DNA of 64,000 nucleotides from Nitrospirota bacterium (GTDB lineage: Bacteria > Nitrospirota > Thermodesulfovibrionia > SZUA-242): the NCBI GenBank assembly GCA_027021335.1, contig JALUUO010000111.1:498-64497 (forward strand), in the 5' to 3' direction. Under the pieces are notes generated by a model that was given only the letters and a program-made list of their open reading frames with translations, was not told where the DNA came from and ran no database searches. The position numbers and the translations under genes are program-made. Positions within the stretch are counted from its first letter, which is position 1, and each line of letters begins with the position of its first letter. Below, one piece after another: positions 1-8,979 of the stretch.

Positions 1-347
1 CCGGCTTCACCAACGTTTCCTATAAGATATATTCTCGGGCTGTTTACCTCCATTACAACAACAGAAACCGAAGGTGTTTTGATATAACTTTTTAGTTCTT
101 CAGCTATAGCCTTCCGCAACTGGGATGGCGTTTTGCCTGCCGCCTGTATATCCCCACCCAACGGAAGAGATATTTTTCCGTCAGGCCTGACCGGCACTGT
201 TACTCCAAGTTCGGGGTTCCCCCATATCGAAACCTGAATAACATCCTCTGATCCTAGGATAAACTCATCAGACCAAGCTGTTCCTGCGTACAGCAATAGC
301 ACAAACAAGCAGAACACAGGGATGAAAAGCTGTTTTGGTTTCTCCAT
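1..347 (-). CDS. Polysaccharide export outer-membrane protein, Wza/EpsA-like; only the N-terminal part is in the window (partial)
   Basis: Hand translation of the minus strand from ATG (complement of 345-347): MEKPKQLFIPVFCLFVLLLYAGTAWS, then DEFILGSEDVIQVSIWGNPELGVTVPVRPDGKISLPLGGDIQAAGKTPSQL..., which matches the Poly_export signature pattern. An AAAGGA RBS lies upstream. The ORF runs off the window start. Confidence 0.55.
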   Translation of the reverse strand, partial: MEKPKQLFIPVFCLFVLLLYAGTAWSDEFILGSEDVIQVSIWGNPELGVTVPVRPDGKISLPLGGDIQAAGKTPSQLRKAIAEELKSYIKTPSVSVVVMEVNSPRIYLIGNVGEA

Positions 348-485
348 ATTAGTTATCCTTTCGTCAATATAAACATGGTTCTTGACCCTAAACTTAACAT
401 TTTTCATCAAGCTCTTTTTACGTTATTACAGTAAGACTTCTATTTAACCTAATTAAGCGTTTTTTCCGGTGAATTCGTGGTTTTA

Positions 486-3269
486 TTACAACCTGCTTAA
501 CAGTTTTTCGGCTTTTCTACGCTCATTAAACTCAGAAGTTTCAAGCGCCCGTTGCAAAGCATGCTTCGCCTCGTTATTTTTTCCTTTTTTCAGGTAAACA
601 AGGCCTAGATGATATTGAATGGAAGGATTGCCGGCACCTTCCAAAGCGGCAGCTCTTATATATTTTAACGCCTCGTCAATTTGACCATTCTTATACAGAG
701 CCCATCCAAGAGTATCTGCCACTTGTGGACGGCCTTTGGAGAGATTGAAAGCCTGCTTTGCAAGCCTGACGGCCTCATCCAGTTGGGTATCAGTATCGGC
801 GTACAGAAACGCGAGGTTGTTCAGAGATGGAACATGGTCCGGCAACACCTTCAGCGCACTGCGATAATTTTCCATCGCAGCCTTTTGATTCCCCAGCCTT
901 TCGTGAGCCGTGGCTATATTATAATAAACAACACCCGAACCAGGTAAAAGAAGCAGGGCATCTTTAAATATTTTCAAAGCCTCTTCATACCTGCCTTGCC
1001 TTATATGCAAGCCTCCCAAAGCCATTAAAACCTGCCCGTTTTTCGGAGCAAGCTTCCTGGCCTTCAGCAAAAGTTTCATGGTTTCACTCTGCCGGGCCTT
1101 ATCCCTGTTACCAGAGATATATGCCAAGGCCTTAAGGTAATACCCAAGACCGCTGGCAGAATCCATCTTAATAATAGAATCGGCAGTCAATATAGCCGAT
1201 GAAAAATCCTTCTTCTTAATCTGCAAACCGGCCAGTTGGGCCAGCACCAGCTTATTTTCAGGCGCCTTTGCAACAGCCTGCCTTAACTCCGACAAAGCGG
1301 CCTCATAGTCTCCAGAAGCCTCATAAGCAGCAGCCAGTCTTATATATCCTGCAACCAGGTCCGGCCGGGCTCTCTTTATCTTTTCATACTCCTTTCGGGC
1401 CTTATCCAGTTCACGTTTTTGGAAGTAAAGCATTCCTTTGAAATTTCTTGCACTTAGGTTTTCCGGGTCTCTGCTTAAAAGTTCGTCAGCTGTCTTTTCG
1501 GCAAGATCATATTCCTTGTTTCTGGCATAGTAAGCTGCAAGCGCCAGAGAACCTTCAGGTGATCCAACACGGCCGGCCTCAAGGTATTTCTCTTTGCTCT
1601 TCTTAGAGCGGCCAAGCTTTTCTAGCAAGGCAGCAGATTTCAACAAAGCCGACACGTTTTTCGGCTCAACTGAGGTAAGGGCTTCGTACTGCAGAAGGGC
1701 CTTGTCAGGCTCATTTTTTCTAATATAATGTTTAGCCAAATTGAAATAAGGCGCAGCAAAACCAGGAGCGGCTTTTATTGCCTTTCTGAAATTATCCTCT
1801 GCCGCAGGCTCGTCTCCTGTTGCAAGCTTGGCAACACCTATTACGTTGTATAAAACAGCGTCTGAAGCCCCGCCATCAAGGCCAGTCGTGCAGATATCAA
1901 TAGCCTTTAAGTAATCTTTTTGTTTCAGATAAAAAATAGCCGCCGTCAACCGCGACCGAACAGACTGTGGGTCAACTTTTAGAGCCGTTTCAAATTCCTT
2001 TTCCGCCTCATCTCCCTTTCCAGCCTGCAAAAAGTAAACTCCACGTTTAAGATAGGTCTCTGCAATACCAGGATCCAGTTCGAGTGATTTATTGAACTCT
2101 GCAAACGCCAGGTCAAATTTCCCCTTGAGCATATATGCGCTTCCAAGCGTATGATGGGCTGTCGCGCTGCCCGGAGCTTTATTTACGGCCTTTTTAGCTT
2201 CGATAACAGCATCCTCAGCATGTCTTTTTTTCTGGTAAATCATACTCAAAAGCACATGAGGCTGGTATAAATTATTGTTCTCCTTTATCGCATGCCTTAG
2301 AGCGCTTATAGCCTGCTCGTAACTACCTTCCTCAAATAGGGCTTGCCCTAGAAAGAAGTTAGCAGCAGCATGGTTGCGCATATATTTGAGAACACTTTGA
2401 AAATCAAGAATCGCTTCGCCCGGCTCTTTCTTTCGTAAATGAACAAGGCCTCTTATATAGTAGCCCTCCGGACGGTCCTTGTTTATGACAAGCAGTTTTT
2501 CCGCTGTTTCCATAGCAGTGTCCAGTCGGCCCTGCCGGATATTAATAAGGGACATCTCGGTCATAGCATTTACCTGCTCAGAGTCTATGTCCAGTATCCG
2601 GCTGTAGTATTCAAGTGCTTTTGATCCATTGTTTGAACGTAATTCTACAAAGGCCAGACCGTAATATGATTTAAGATTCCTGGAATCCAGACTTATAGCT
2701 TTCTCAAAAGCCTTGCGGGCCTCACCCAGGTTCTCTTCTTTTACATAAAGATCACCCAGCACAAGATAAGCTGAAGCTCTCCCGGAATCTAAAGAAAGAG
2801 ATTTAGATATTAACTTATGCGCCTCTGTAAAATTGTTTTTACTTATATAAATGGCGGCAGCAGTATCAAGGGCCTCCAGGTCTTCCGGCCTGGTTTCAAG
2901 GTACCTACTTATGGTTTCAAGCGCCTCATCAAGTTTGTTCCCAAAGTGCAGAGCTTTGGCCAGAGGCAGAAGCGCTTCTTTAAAATCCGGGTTGAGCTTC
3001 AAAACCTTTTTGAGCTCACGCTCTGCCGACTCTATCTTGCCTGTCTTTAAGTATGTCCGGCCAAGATAGAACCTTGCCTCAAAATAGTTTGGATCTTTGC
3101 TTACAGCATTTTTCAGCTCTATTACGGCTACATTAAACTTAGCATCATTAAAAGCCGAAACTCCTTTTTCATAGTGTTTCAGCTTGCTCTTGGTTGCATC
3201 TCCACAACCTATAGAAATCAGAACAATAAGAAAAAGCAGCCACAGTTTACGATTATTGTAAATAGCCAT
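486..3269 (-). CDS. Large TPR-repeat lipoprotein (PrsT-like, PEP-CTERM/EPS-associated type)
   Basis: A ~930-aa protein made almost entirely of TPR-like helical repeats, with a lipobox (LISIGCGD). The likely start is the ATG at 3269, which has a GGAGG RBS 8 nt upstream; the ORF track extends to 3338. It sits immediately upstream of the Wza-like export gene. Confidence 0.6.
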   Translation of the reverse strand: MAIYNNRKLWLLFLIVLISIGCGDATKSKLKHYEKGVSAFNDAKFNVAVIELKNAVSKDPNYFEARFYLGRTYLKTGKIESAERELKKVLKLNPDFKEALLPLAKALHFGNKLDEALETISRYLETRPEDLEALDTAAAIYISKNNFTEAHKLISKSLSLDSGRASAYLVLGDLYVKEENLGEARKAFEKAISLDSRNLKSYYGLAFVELRSNNGSKALEYYSRILDIDSEQVNAMTEMSLINIRQGRLDTAMETAEKLLVINKDRPEGYYIRGLVHLRKKEPGEAILDFQSVLKYMRNHAAANFFLGQALFEEGSYEQAISALRHAIKENNNLYQPHVLLSMIYQKKRHAEDAVIEAKKAVNKAPGSATAHHTLGSAYMLKGKFDLAFAEFNKSLELDPGIAETYLKRGVYFLQAGKGDEAEKEFETALKVDPQSVRSRLTAAIFYLKQKDYLKAIDICTTGLDGGASDAVLYNVIGVAKLATGDEPAAEDNFRKAIKAAPGFAAPYFNLAKHYIRKNEPDKALLQYEALTSVEPKNVSALLKSAALLEKLGRSKKSKEKYLEAGRVGSPEGSLALAAYYARNKEYDLAEKTADELLSRDPENLSARNFKGMLYFQKRELDKARKEYEKIKRARPDLVAGYIRLAAAYEASGDYEAALSELRQAVAKAPENKLVLAQLAGLQIKKKDFSSAILTADSIIKMDSASGLGYYLKALAYISGNRDKARQSETMKLLLKARKLAPKNGQVLMALGGLHIRQGRYEEALKIFKDALLLLPGSGVVYYNIATAHERLGNQKAAMENYRSALKVLPDHVPSLNNLAFLYADTDTQLDEAVRLAKQAFNLSKGRPQVADTLGWALYKNGQIDEALKYIRAAALEGAGNPSIQYHLGLVYLKKGKNNEAKHALQRALETSEFNERRKAEKLLSRL

Positions 3270-3432
3270 AATATTATTGCCTCCAAAAAATATAATAAGC
3301 TGATTGAGATAACTTATTATATACTTTATTTTGGACATAAGGTAAAAAAATCTTCAACAAATACTCTAAGTTATGCTAGTTTATATAAGTATGGATTAAC
3401 TGAAAAGACTTTAGCCTTTGGCAAATGGTCCA

Positions 3433-3519
3433 GCCGGAGTGGTGAAATTGGTAGACGCGCCGGACTCAAAATCCGGTGAAGGCAACTTCGTGGGGGTTCG
3501 ACTCCCCCCTCCGGCACCA
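3433..3519 (+). tRNA. tRNA-Leu (anticodon CAA)
   Basis: GCCGGAGTGGTGAAATTGGTAGACGCGCCGGACTCAAAATCCGG...GGTTCGACTCCCCCCTCCGGCACCA has a cloverleaf with a long variable arm, a CAA anticodon in a 7-nt loop, a T-loop GGTTCGA and a 3' CCA. Confidence 0.85.
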
Positions 3520-3579
3520 GTAAATTCAGGTACAAACCATGTTTGATTCATGTATCAACGAATTAAGGAAACAAACCAG

Positions 3580-4110
3580 ATGAAACCAGCTCAACTATTA
3601 ATACTTGTTTTAATGTTAGGAGCCTCCCATGTATGGGCGGTTCCACCGGTTCCATTGGAAGCCGATGAGTTAATCGGTAGTGAGGCCCCGGATTTCACCC
3701 TGCCGGACTTGGATGGCGCTGAGGTTTCTCTCAAGCAGTTCAGAGGAAAAGTTATCCTTTTAAATTTCTGGGCCACATGGTGTCCGCCATGCAAAGCCGA
3801 GATGCCATCCATGAATAAGTTAAACCAGATGTTTAAGGATAAAGGCCTGGTGGTTATTGCCATATCATCAGATCGTTCCAAGAAACAGGTAAAGCGTTTT
3901 CTTAAAAAAACTCCGGTGAGTTTCACTATTCTCTATGATCCAAAAAACAAAATATCAAATATATACAAAGTATTTGCATTGCCAACCAGCCTAGTAATAG
4001 ATCGTGATGGAACTATCGTAAAAAAGGTCTTAGGCGGCTACGATTGGAGCTCTACAAAAGCCCTGGACATCTTCCGTCCGCTTCTAAACGTAGTAAACAA
4101 TAAGGAATGA
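3580..4110 (+). CDS. TlpA/ResA-family periplasmic thiol:disulfide oxidoreductase (thioredoxin fold)
   Basis: Signal peptide followed by the WATWCPPCKAEMP active-site motif. The ATG at 3580 is preceded by AAGGAAAC; the ORF track start is 3550. Confidence 0.8.
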   Translation: MKPAQLLILVLMLGASHVWAVPPVPLEADELIGSEAPDFTLPDLDGAEVSLKQFRGKVILLNFWATWCPPCKAEMPSMNKLNQMFKDKGLVVIAISSDRSKKQVKRFLKKTPVSFTILYDPKNKISNIYKVFALPTSLVIDRDGTIVKKVLGGYDWSSTKALDIFRPLLNVVNNKE

Positions 4111-4167
4111 TCTCTTGTCTTTTATTTTTTCACCCTCCACTCTTTCGTCTCTCACACTATACGGTGT

Positions 4168-5517
4168 ATGGCAAAACCCAGGTTAACCTATCAGTGCCAG
4201 GGTTGCGGCCACGTATCGCCAAAATGGATGGGCAAATGTCCGGACTGCGGCTCATGGAACAGCTTTGTTGAAGAGCTGGAAACAAGGTCAGGCCGGGCAC
4301 CTGCAGAACCCACAGCAGAGGCTGTCAGGCTCTGTGATATCAAGCATGTAGATAACCCACGACATAAGACCGGAATAGGCGAACTGGACAGGGTGCTTGG
4401 CGGTGGTATTGTTCCAGGATCGGTCATCCTGATAGGTGGAGACCCTGGAATCGGCAAATCCACACTGGTGCTTCAAGCACTTACCAAAATGAATGACGAC
4501 AGGGACATGCTGTACATTTCAGCCGAAGAATCTCCAAACCAGATAAAGCTCCGGGCAGATAGAATGCAGATTCAGTCTCAGGATTTACTTGTCCTGCCCG
4601 TGACCTCTTTGGAAGAAATCCTTCGAGTTGCAGCCACAATCTCCCCGGCTCTTGTTGTTATAGACTCGATACAGATGATCCATAACGAAATGCTCCCGTC
4701 GGCACCTGGTTCGGTAGGCCAGGTCAGGGAGGCGGCTGCAAAACTCACAGCCTATGCAAAAAAAACCGGTGTCCCGGTAATTATTATCGGCCATGTCACA
4801 AAAGACGGGGCAATCGCAGGACCCAGAGTTCTGGAACATATAGTGGATACTGTCCTTTACTTCGAAGGCCACAGTGGCAGAGCCTTCCGCATACTGCGCG
4901 CGGTAAAAAACAGATTTGGGTCCACCAACGAAATAGGCGTCTTTACCATGACAAGCGATGGACTTATAGAGGTAAGCAATCCATCAGAGCTGTTTATTTC
5001 CGAGCACTCGCTGAATGTGCCGGGTGCCGTCGTTACAGCTTCGGTGGAAGGAAGCCGTCCCCTTATAGTCGAAATCCAGTCTCTTGCCTCGCCCTCGGCG
5101 CTGGGCATTCCACGTCGTACGGCCCTCGGTATCGACTCCAACCGCAGCAACCTGCTTTTTGCCGTTATGGAAAAAAGGGCTGGCATTCAGATAGTTGGCA
5201 TGGATGTATATATTAACGTGGTAGGCGGCATAAAGCTGGATGATACAGCCACCGACCTGGGTATAACAGTCGCCACCGCCTCCAGCCTGAAAGACCGGCC
5301 TATACCTCCAGATACGGTCGTCTTTGGAGAAATCGGTCTTTCTGGTGAATTAAGAGCAGTGCCTCAAGCCGAAGCACGAATAAAAGAGGCAGCCAAACTT
5401 GGCTTTAAAAAGGTTATCATACCTCAGAACAACTTGAGCAGGTTGAATGAAACTTATGGGCTTGATATTATCGGACTTCAGAGAATTGACGAGGCATTGG
5501 AAGCAGTTCTCGCTTAA
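4168..5517 (+). CDS. radA: DNA repair protein RadA/Sms
   Basis: N-terminal C4 zinc finger (CQGCGHVSPKWMGKCPDCGSWNS), Walker A GDPGIGKST, KNRFG motif and a C-terminal Lon-protease-like domain. Confidence 0.9.
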   Translation: MAKPRLTYQCQGCGHVSPKWMGKCPDCGSWNSFVEELETRSGRAPAEPTAEAVRLCDIKHVDNPRHKTGIGELDRVLGGGIVPGSVILIGGDPGIGKSTLVLQALTKMNDDRDMLYISAEESPNQIKLRADRMQIQSQDLLVLPVTSLEEILRVAATISPALVVIDSIQMIHNEMLPSAPGSVGQVREAAAKLTAYAKKTGVPVIIIGHVTKDGAIAGPRVLEHIVDTVLYFEGHSGRAFRILRAVKNRFGSTNEIGVFTMTSDGLIEVSNPSELFISEHSLNVPGAVVTASVEGSRPLIVEIQSLASPSALGIPRRTALGIDSNRSNLLFAVMEKRAGIQIVGMDVYINVVGGIKLDDTATDLGITVATASSLKDRPIPPDTVVFGEIGLSGELRAVPQAEARIKEAAKLGFKKVIIPQNNLSRLNETYGLDIIGLQRIDEALEAVLA

Positions 5518-5550
5518 AGCTTCTCTGCCATAAAGCGCAACAGGTAAAAC

Positions 5551-5571
5551 TTATAACCTTTAAGGTTATAA
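5551..5571. promoter_or_regulatory. Perfect 10-bp-arm palindrome TTATAACCTT-t-AAGGTTATAA upstream of ppiC; candidate operator
   Basis: Read directly from the sequence. With a 1-nt spacer it cannot form a hairpin loop, so it looks more like a dimeric-regulator site. It lies 38 nt upstream of the ppiC start. Confidence 0.3.
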
Positions 5572-5609
5572 CAGCAAAAAAACTAATCACAAGACAAAAG
5601 GAGACAGTC

Positions 5610-5891
5610 ATGACTAAAGCCACAGCACGGCATATTCTGGTTAACACCCAGGATGCATGTGAAAGCATCAAAGAACAGATCGAAAACGGGGCTGATTTTG
5701 CCGAACTAGCCAAGGAACACTCTCAGTGTCCTTCCGGTCAACGTGGAGGTGACCTGGGTGAGTTCACCTCTGGACAGATGGTTAAGGAGTTCGACCAGGT
5801 TGTATTCAGCGAAAAAGTCGGCGAAGTTCACGGCCCGGTTCAAACTCAGTTCGGCTTTCACCTTATTGAAATTACAAGCCGAAGTGAGTAG
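5610..5891 (+). CDS. ppiC: Parvulin-type peptidyl-prolyl cis-trans isomerase (PpiC-like, 93 aa)
   Basis: ARHILV...CPSGQRGGDLGEF...GPVQTQFGFHLIE matches single-domain parvulins such as E. coli PpiC. Confidence 0.8.
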   Translation: MTKATARHILVNTQDACESIKEQIENGADFAELAKEHSQCPSGQRGGDLGEFTSGQMVKEFDQVVFSEKVGEVHGPVQTQFGFHLIEITSRSE

Positions 5892-5924
5892 ATTTCACTA
5901 GCAGGAGTGCAGGCGTCACTAATT

Positions 5925-5951
5925 CCCCCCCTTTTTTTTTGGGGGGGGGGG
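5925..5951. repeat. Homopolymer hairpin C7-T9-G11 flanked by CTAAT/ATTAG
   Basis: Read directly: ctaatt CCCCCCC TTTTTTTTT GGGGGGGGGGG attag. It lies between ppiC (+) and the convergent Big-domain lipoprotein gene (-). Confidence 0.9.
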
Positions 5952-6058
5952 ATTAGTCGATTGTACCGGAGAGATAAGCAGGAAAATCTATTCCCCATCA
6001 GCCCTGGGATAAGGGCTGATGGGGAAGGTGATTATGTTTTTTTGATGGTTAATACGAA

Positions 6059-8431
6059 TTAATCAACCAAGCCACGAATAGGATTTTCGTACTTATCACC
6101 CTTCCATGTGACAGTAACCGTTAATGTGAACGGTTTAGGGGGATCAGTGTCATCAGGAGTCTTATCCGATACGAAGAAGAACATCTCTACAGGACCAGGT
6201 GTACTGGTGTCAAGAATTTTCACCTCAGTCATACCAAATAGATCCACATCACCGGTTGCCGCCACCTTGATCGTAGTTCCTGCAAGAAGTGGATTCAGGT
6301 GACGATCAGAAACCAGAACTTTAAATTGAAACGATTCTCCATCACAAATAGTAAAAGACCCTGGAGGACTCCAAGCATTAACTATACTTGGATTCGTACA
6401 GTCACCTATGTTTTGGCCTAACACGCTAAATCTATAATAGTATGGCTTTCCTGTATAAAGAAGGGGCATCATTCTAAACAGAGTTTTTGCCTCATCCCAT
6501 TGGCCATTTACATCGTCACATACTCCATTCCCATTTTTGTCTTGATAAAGTTCAACCGGATCATTTAGTCCTGTTGCATCATCACATGTTTCATTGTCAT
6601 TGTAATCTATAAATATCTCATCAGGAGTATCTGTAAAAGGTTCAGCCTCATCAGAGGTGCCGTCTTTATCGCAGTCTACATCAGCATCATCATACACACC
6701 GTTTCCATCACAGTCAACAAAAGCCTCTTCTCCATTTATGCTTACAGTAATTGAAAGCAGACCGTCACGCGGCTGACCCGCCACCGGTTCATCAGGCATT
6801 GGATCCAGCGGAATGCATGGCAGGTCTGTCGATTCAAGATCCGGCAGCGGATCCGGCAACGGATCCGGCGGAAGACATGGAACTTTTATACCATAATCCT
6901 CTGATACATTTTTAAACAAAAGGGTTTCCCACGTTTGAGGTACAACATCTTTCGGAAATTGACGTTGCGTTCTGAACGTTACGGTAGTTATCCCATTGCT
7001 GTCAAGAGTATTAGCGCTTGGAATTGCGCCGGCTTCAGTCATAAATGACACAGTGGTTCCTTCAAGTACATTCGAATTTCCGAAGCGATCTGCAACCCCC
7101 ACAGTGATCTCCGATGTTATGTCATAAAACAATTCAAAGCCCTCAACATTAAGAGGACGTGCTGCTACAGAGAAACTAGCGTAATTTGGAATCCCACCAC
7201 CTATTGAAAGTATCGATGTAACTGATGATATTCCTGTATCAACTACAGTGGCAAGCAACGTGACCGTCCCGGCTTGTATTCCGCTGTGCAGGTATACGGT
7301 TGCTTCACCATCCACCGTGGAAACAGTGGCATGAAAAGGGCTGTCGTACCGACCGTTATCGTTTGATTCGTCATATGCCTCGCCGGTATCATAGCATCCG
7401 TTTCCGTTTGCATCTGTCCATCCCTCTATTACGTTATCATCCTCGTTAATGTACTCACCTCCGTCGACCGGAAGTAGACCTGTGAGACCGGCATCTCCAG
7501 ATGGGTGTACCAGCAAGCAGACATCTATGGCTTCTCCGTCAAGTACCGGGTAACCATTAATATCTTTAATAGCAAACTTTATAGTAGAGAATTCACCTTG
7601 TCCGACACGCTTTATGCCAATAACCGAGGGGTCAGCCGAAGTAAAAAATATACTTCCAGTCTCGGCGCCATTCACTGCAATTTGAACAGTACTGCTACGT
7701 CCGCCAGCAGTGGCTGTAACAGTAACAACACCAGCCGTACTGGAACCAGCCGTAAATGTTGCTCTTGCGATGCCGTTGTCGTCAGTGTTAGCATTGGGAG
7801 TTATGGTTCCAAGGGCAGAATTATCCACAGAAAAGGTGACCTGGGTTCCTGAAGCTACGGGTCCGCCGTCAGTGTCCAAAACAGTAGCTGAAACGCTTGA
7901 CTGCCCGGTGGCTACTATCACTTCAGCAGGAGTTGCTGTAACTTCGACCGACCCTACCGCGCCTATTACTGCAATATTTACCGTACTGCTAACATCTCCT
8001 GCAGTTGCTGTTACAACAGCCGTGCCGGCATTGGTTGAGGAAGCGGTAAATGTTACTGTAGCCTGACCACCAGACGTGGAAGCTGTTGCAGTTATGGTTC
8101 CAGGAGTATCTGATAGACTTCCATATGTTGTCTCGCCCAAGGAAAAGGTGACTACCGTACCGTCCGGGACGCTGTTTCCGTCGGTATCCAATACTGTAGC
8201 AGTCACAATTGTTGTTCCACCTACCGATACCTGGGCAGAACCTGCCGTAACTGTAACCGTGCCGACTGTTACGGTCGTCCCGCCTCCATCACCATCACTA
8301 CCTCCTAAAGCACTCTCACCAGTTGGCGCAGAGGACGAATTGTTATTGCCGCAAGCAGAGATTGCAAGAATCATCAATAAAAACAGGATTTTTTTTAGTT
8401 TATTATTAATAAATTCGCAATTATTTTGCAT
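6059..8431 (-). CDS. Large surface lipoprotein with tandem Big_1 (invasin/intimin-type Ig-like) domains, an Asp-rich Ca-binding-like region and a PD/LP linker
   Basis: Lipobox LAISACGNN. Repeated A.V.D.DGN.V..G..V.F....G....TVT.T..AGG..S.V.IAV modules (4-5 copies). DxDGNGxxDD / DCDxDG Asp-rich motifs. DPLPDPLPD linker. C-terminal ~170 aa unassigned. The AAGGAG RBS fits the start at 8431. Confidence 0.6.
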   Translation of the reverse strand: MQNNCEFINNKLKKILFLLMILAISACGNNNSSSAPTGESALGGSDGDGGGTTVTVGTVTVTAGSAQVSVGGTTIVTATVLDTDGNSVPDGTVVTFSLGETTYGSLSDTPGTITATASTSGGQATVTFTASSTNAGTAVVTATAGDVSSTVNIAVIGAVGSVEVTATPAEVIVATGQSSVSATVLDTDGGPVASGTQVTFSVDNSALGTITPNANTDDNGIARATFTAGSSTAGVVTVTATAGGRSSTVQIAVNGAETGSIFFTSADPSVIGIKRVGQGEFSTIKFAIKDINGYPVLDGEAIDVCLLVHPSGDAGLTGLLPVDGGEYINEDDNVIEGWTDANGNGCYDTGEAYDESNDNGRYDSPFHATVSTVDGEATVYLHSGIQAGTVTLLATVVDTGISSVTSILSIGGGIPNYASFSVAARPLNVEGFELFYDITSEITVGVADRFGNSNVLEGTTVSFMTEAGAIPSANTLDSNGITTVTFRTQRQFPKDVVPQTWETLLFKNVSEDYGIKVPCLPPDPLPDPLPDLESTDLPCIPLDPMPDEPVAGQPRDGLLSITVSINGEEAFVDCDGNGVYDDADVDCDKDGTSDEAEPFTDTPDEIFIDYNDNETCDDATGLNDPVELYQDKNGNGVCDDVNGQWDEAKTLFRMMPLLYTGKPYYYRFSVLGQNIGDCTNPSIVNAWSPPGSFTICDGESFQFKVLVSDRHLNPLLAGTTIKVAATGDVDLFGMTEVKILDTSTPGPVEMFFFVSDKTPDDTDPPKPFTLTVTVTWKGDKYENPIRGLVD

Positions 8432-8487
8432 GACAATCTCCTTATTTTAAAAAAACTTTAGACGCGGTAACATAAAGATGGAATCTC

Positions 8488-8979
8488 TTATCCTCCACCA
8501 CCACCTGCTGTAGCAAGAGCTTTCACATCTATCTTGGCCAGTCCACCAGCCGTACCGGATGTCGCCTCCAGCTGAAACTTATATACCATACCAGCACCGC
8601 TTAGAAGCTGGAGTCTAACCGTATATGTTCCATCATCTCCTGTACATACCGTAGCAGGATTAGAAAGATTAGAGTTGCCGGTCGTCATCATCTGGGCCAC
8701 ACCCCACTCCTGACCGTTTGCACCCACTACCAATTCAACATCATTTAGGGGCATACCATCAGCATTGTGAACACTGATAGTAAAATCCTGGGTAGTGGTG
8801 GTAACAGAACTACTGCCGTCAGAAATCTTTAAGTCTTTAGGAAATATTGTTATCTTAGATCCATCCGGAGCAACATCTCCTCCACATCCGCTGCCGCATC
8901 CTACAAAAAACACAGGCAATAAACAGAGAATAAAAACAGACGAAACAGCAAGCAACCTTTTCCCGGTTAAAAACCTCAT
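8488..8979 (-). CDS. Small lipoprotein translationally coupled to pilQ (unknown function)
   Basis: The start overlaps the pilQ stop (ATGA, 8976-8979). Signal peptide with lipobox FFVGCGS. Gly-rich C-terminus. Confidence 0.5.
   Translation of the reverse strand: MRFLTGKRLLAVSSVFILCLLPVFFVGCGSGCGGDVAPDGSKITIFPKDLKISDGSSSVTTTTQDFTISVHNADGMPLNDVELVVGANGQEWGVAQMMTTGNSNLSNPATVCTGDDGTYTVRLQLLSGAGMVYKFQLEATSGTAGGLAKIDVKALATAGGGGG

Noticed and set aside
5892-6058. The C7-T9-G11 hairpin as a canonical intrinsic terminator for ppiC
   Set aside because: No U-rich tract follows the stem on either strand, so a simple Rho-independent terminator call is not supported. It is kept as a finding with alternative explanations.
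7505-8450. Three plus-strand ORFs (115, 118, 124 aa; Thr/Val/Ala-rich) antisense to the Big_1 lipoprotein gene
   Set aside because: They mirror the low-complexity T/V/A-rich repeat coding of the minus-strand gene. They have no RBS or motifs, and the minus-strand gene has coherent domain structure and a lipobox.
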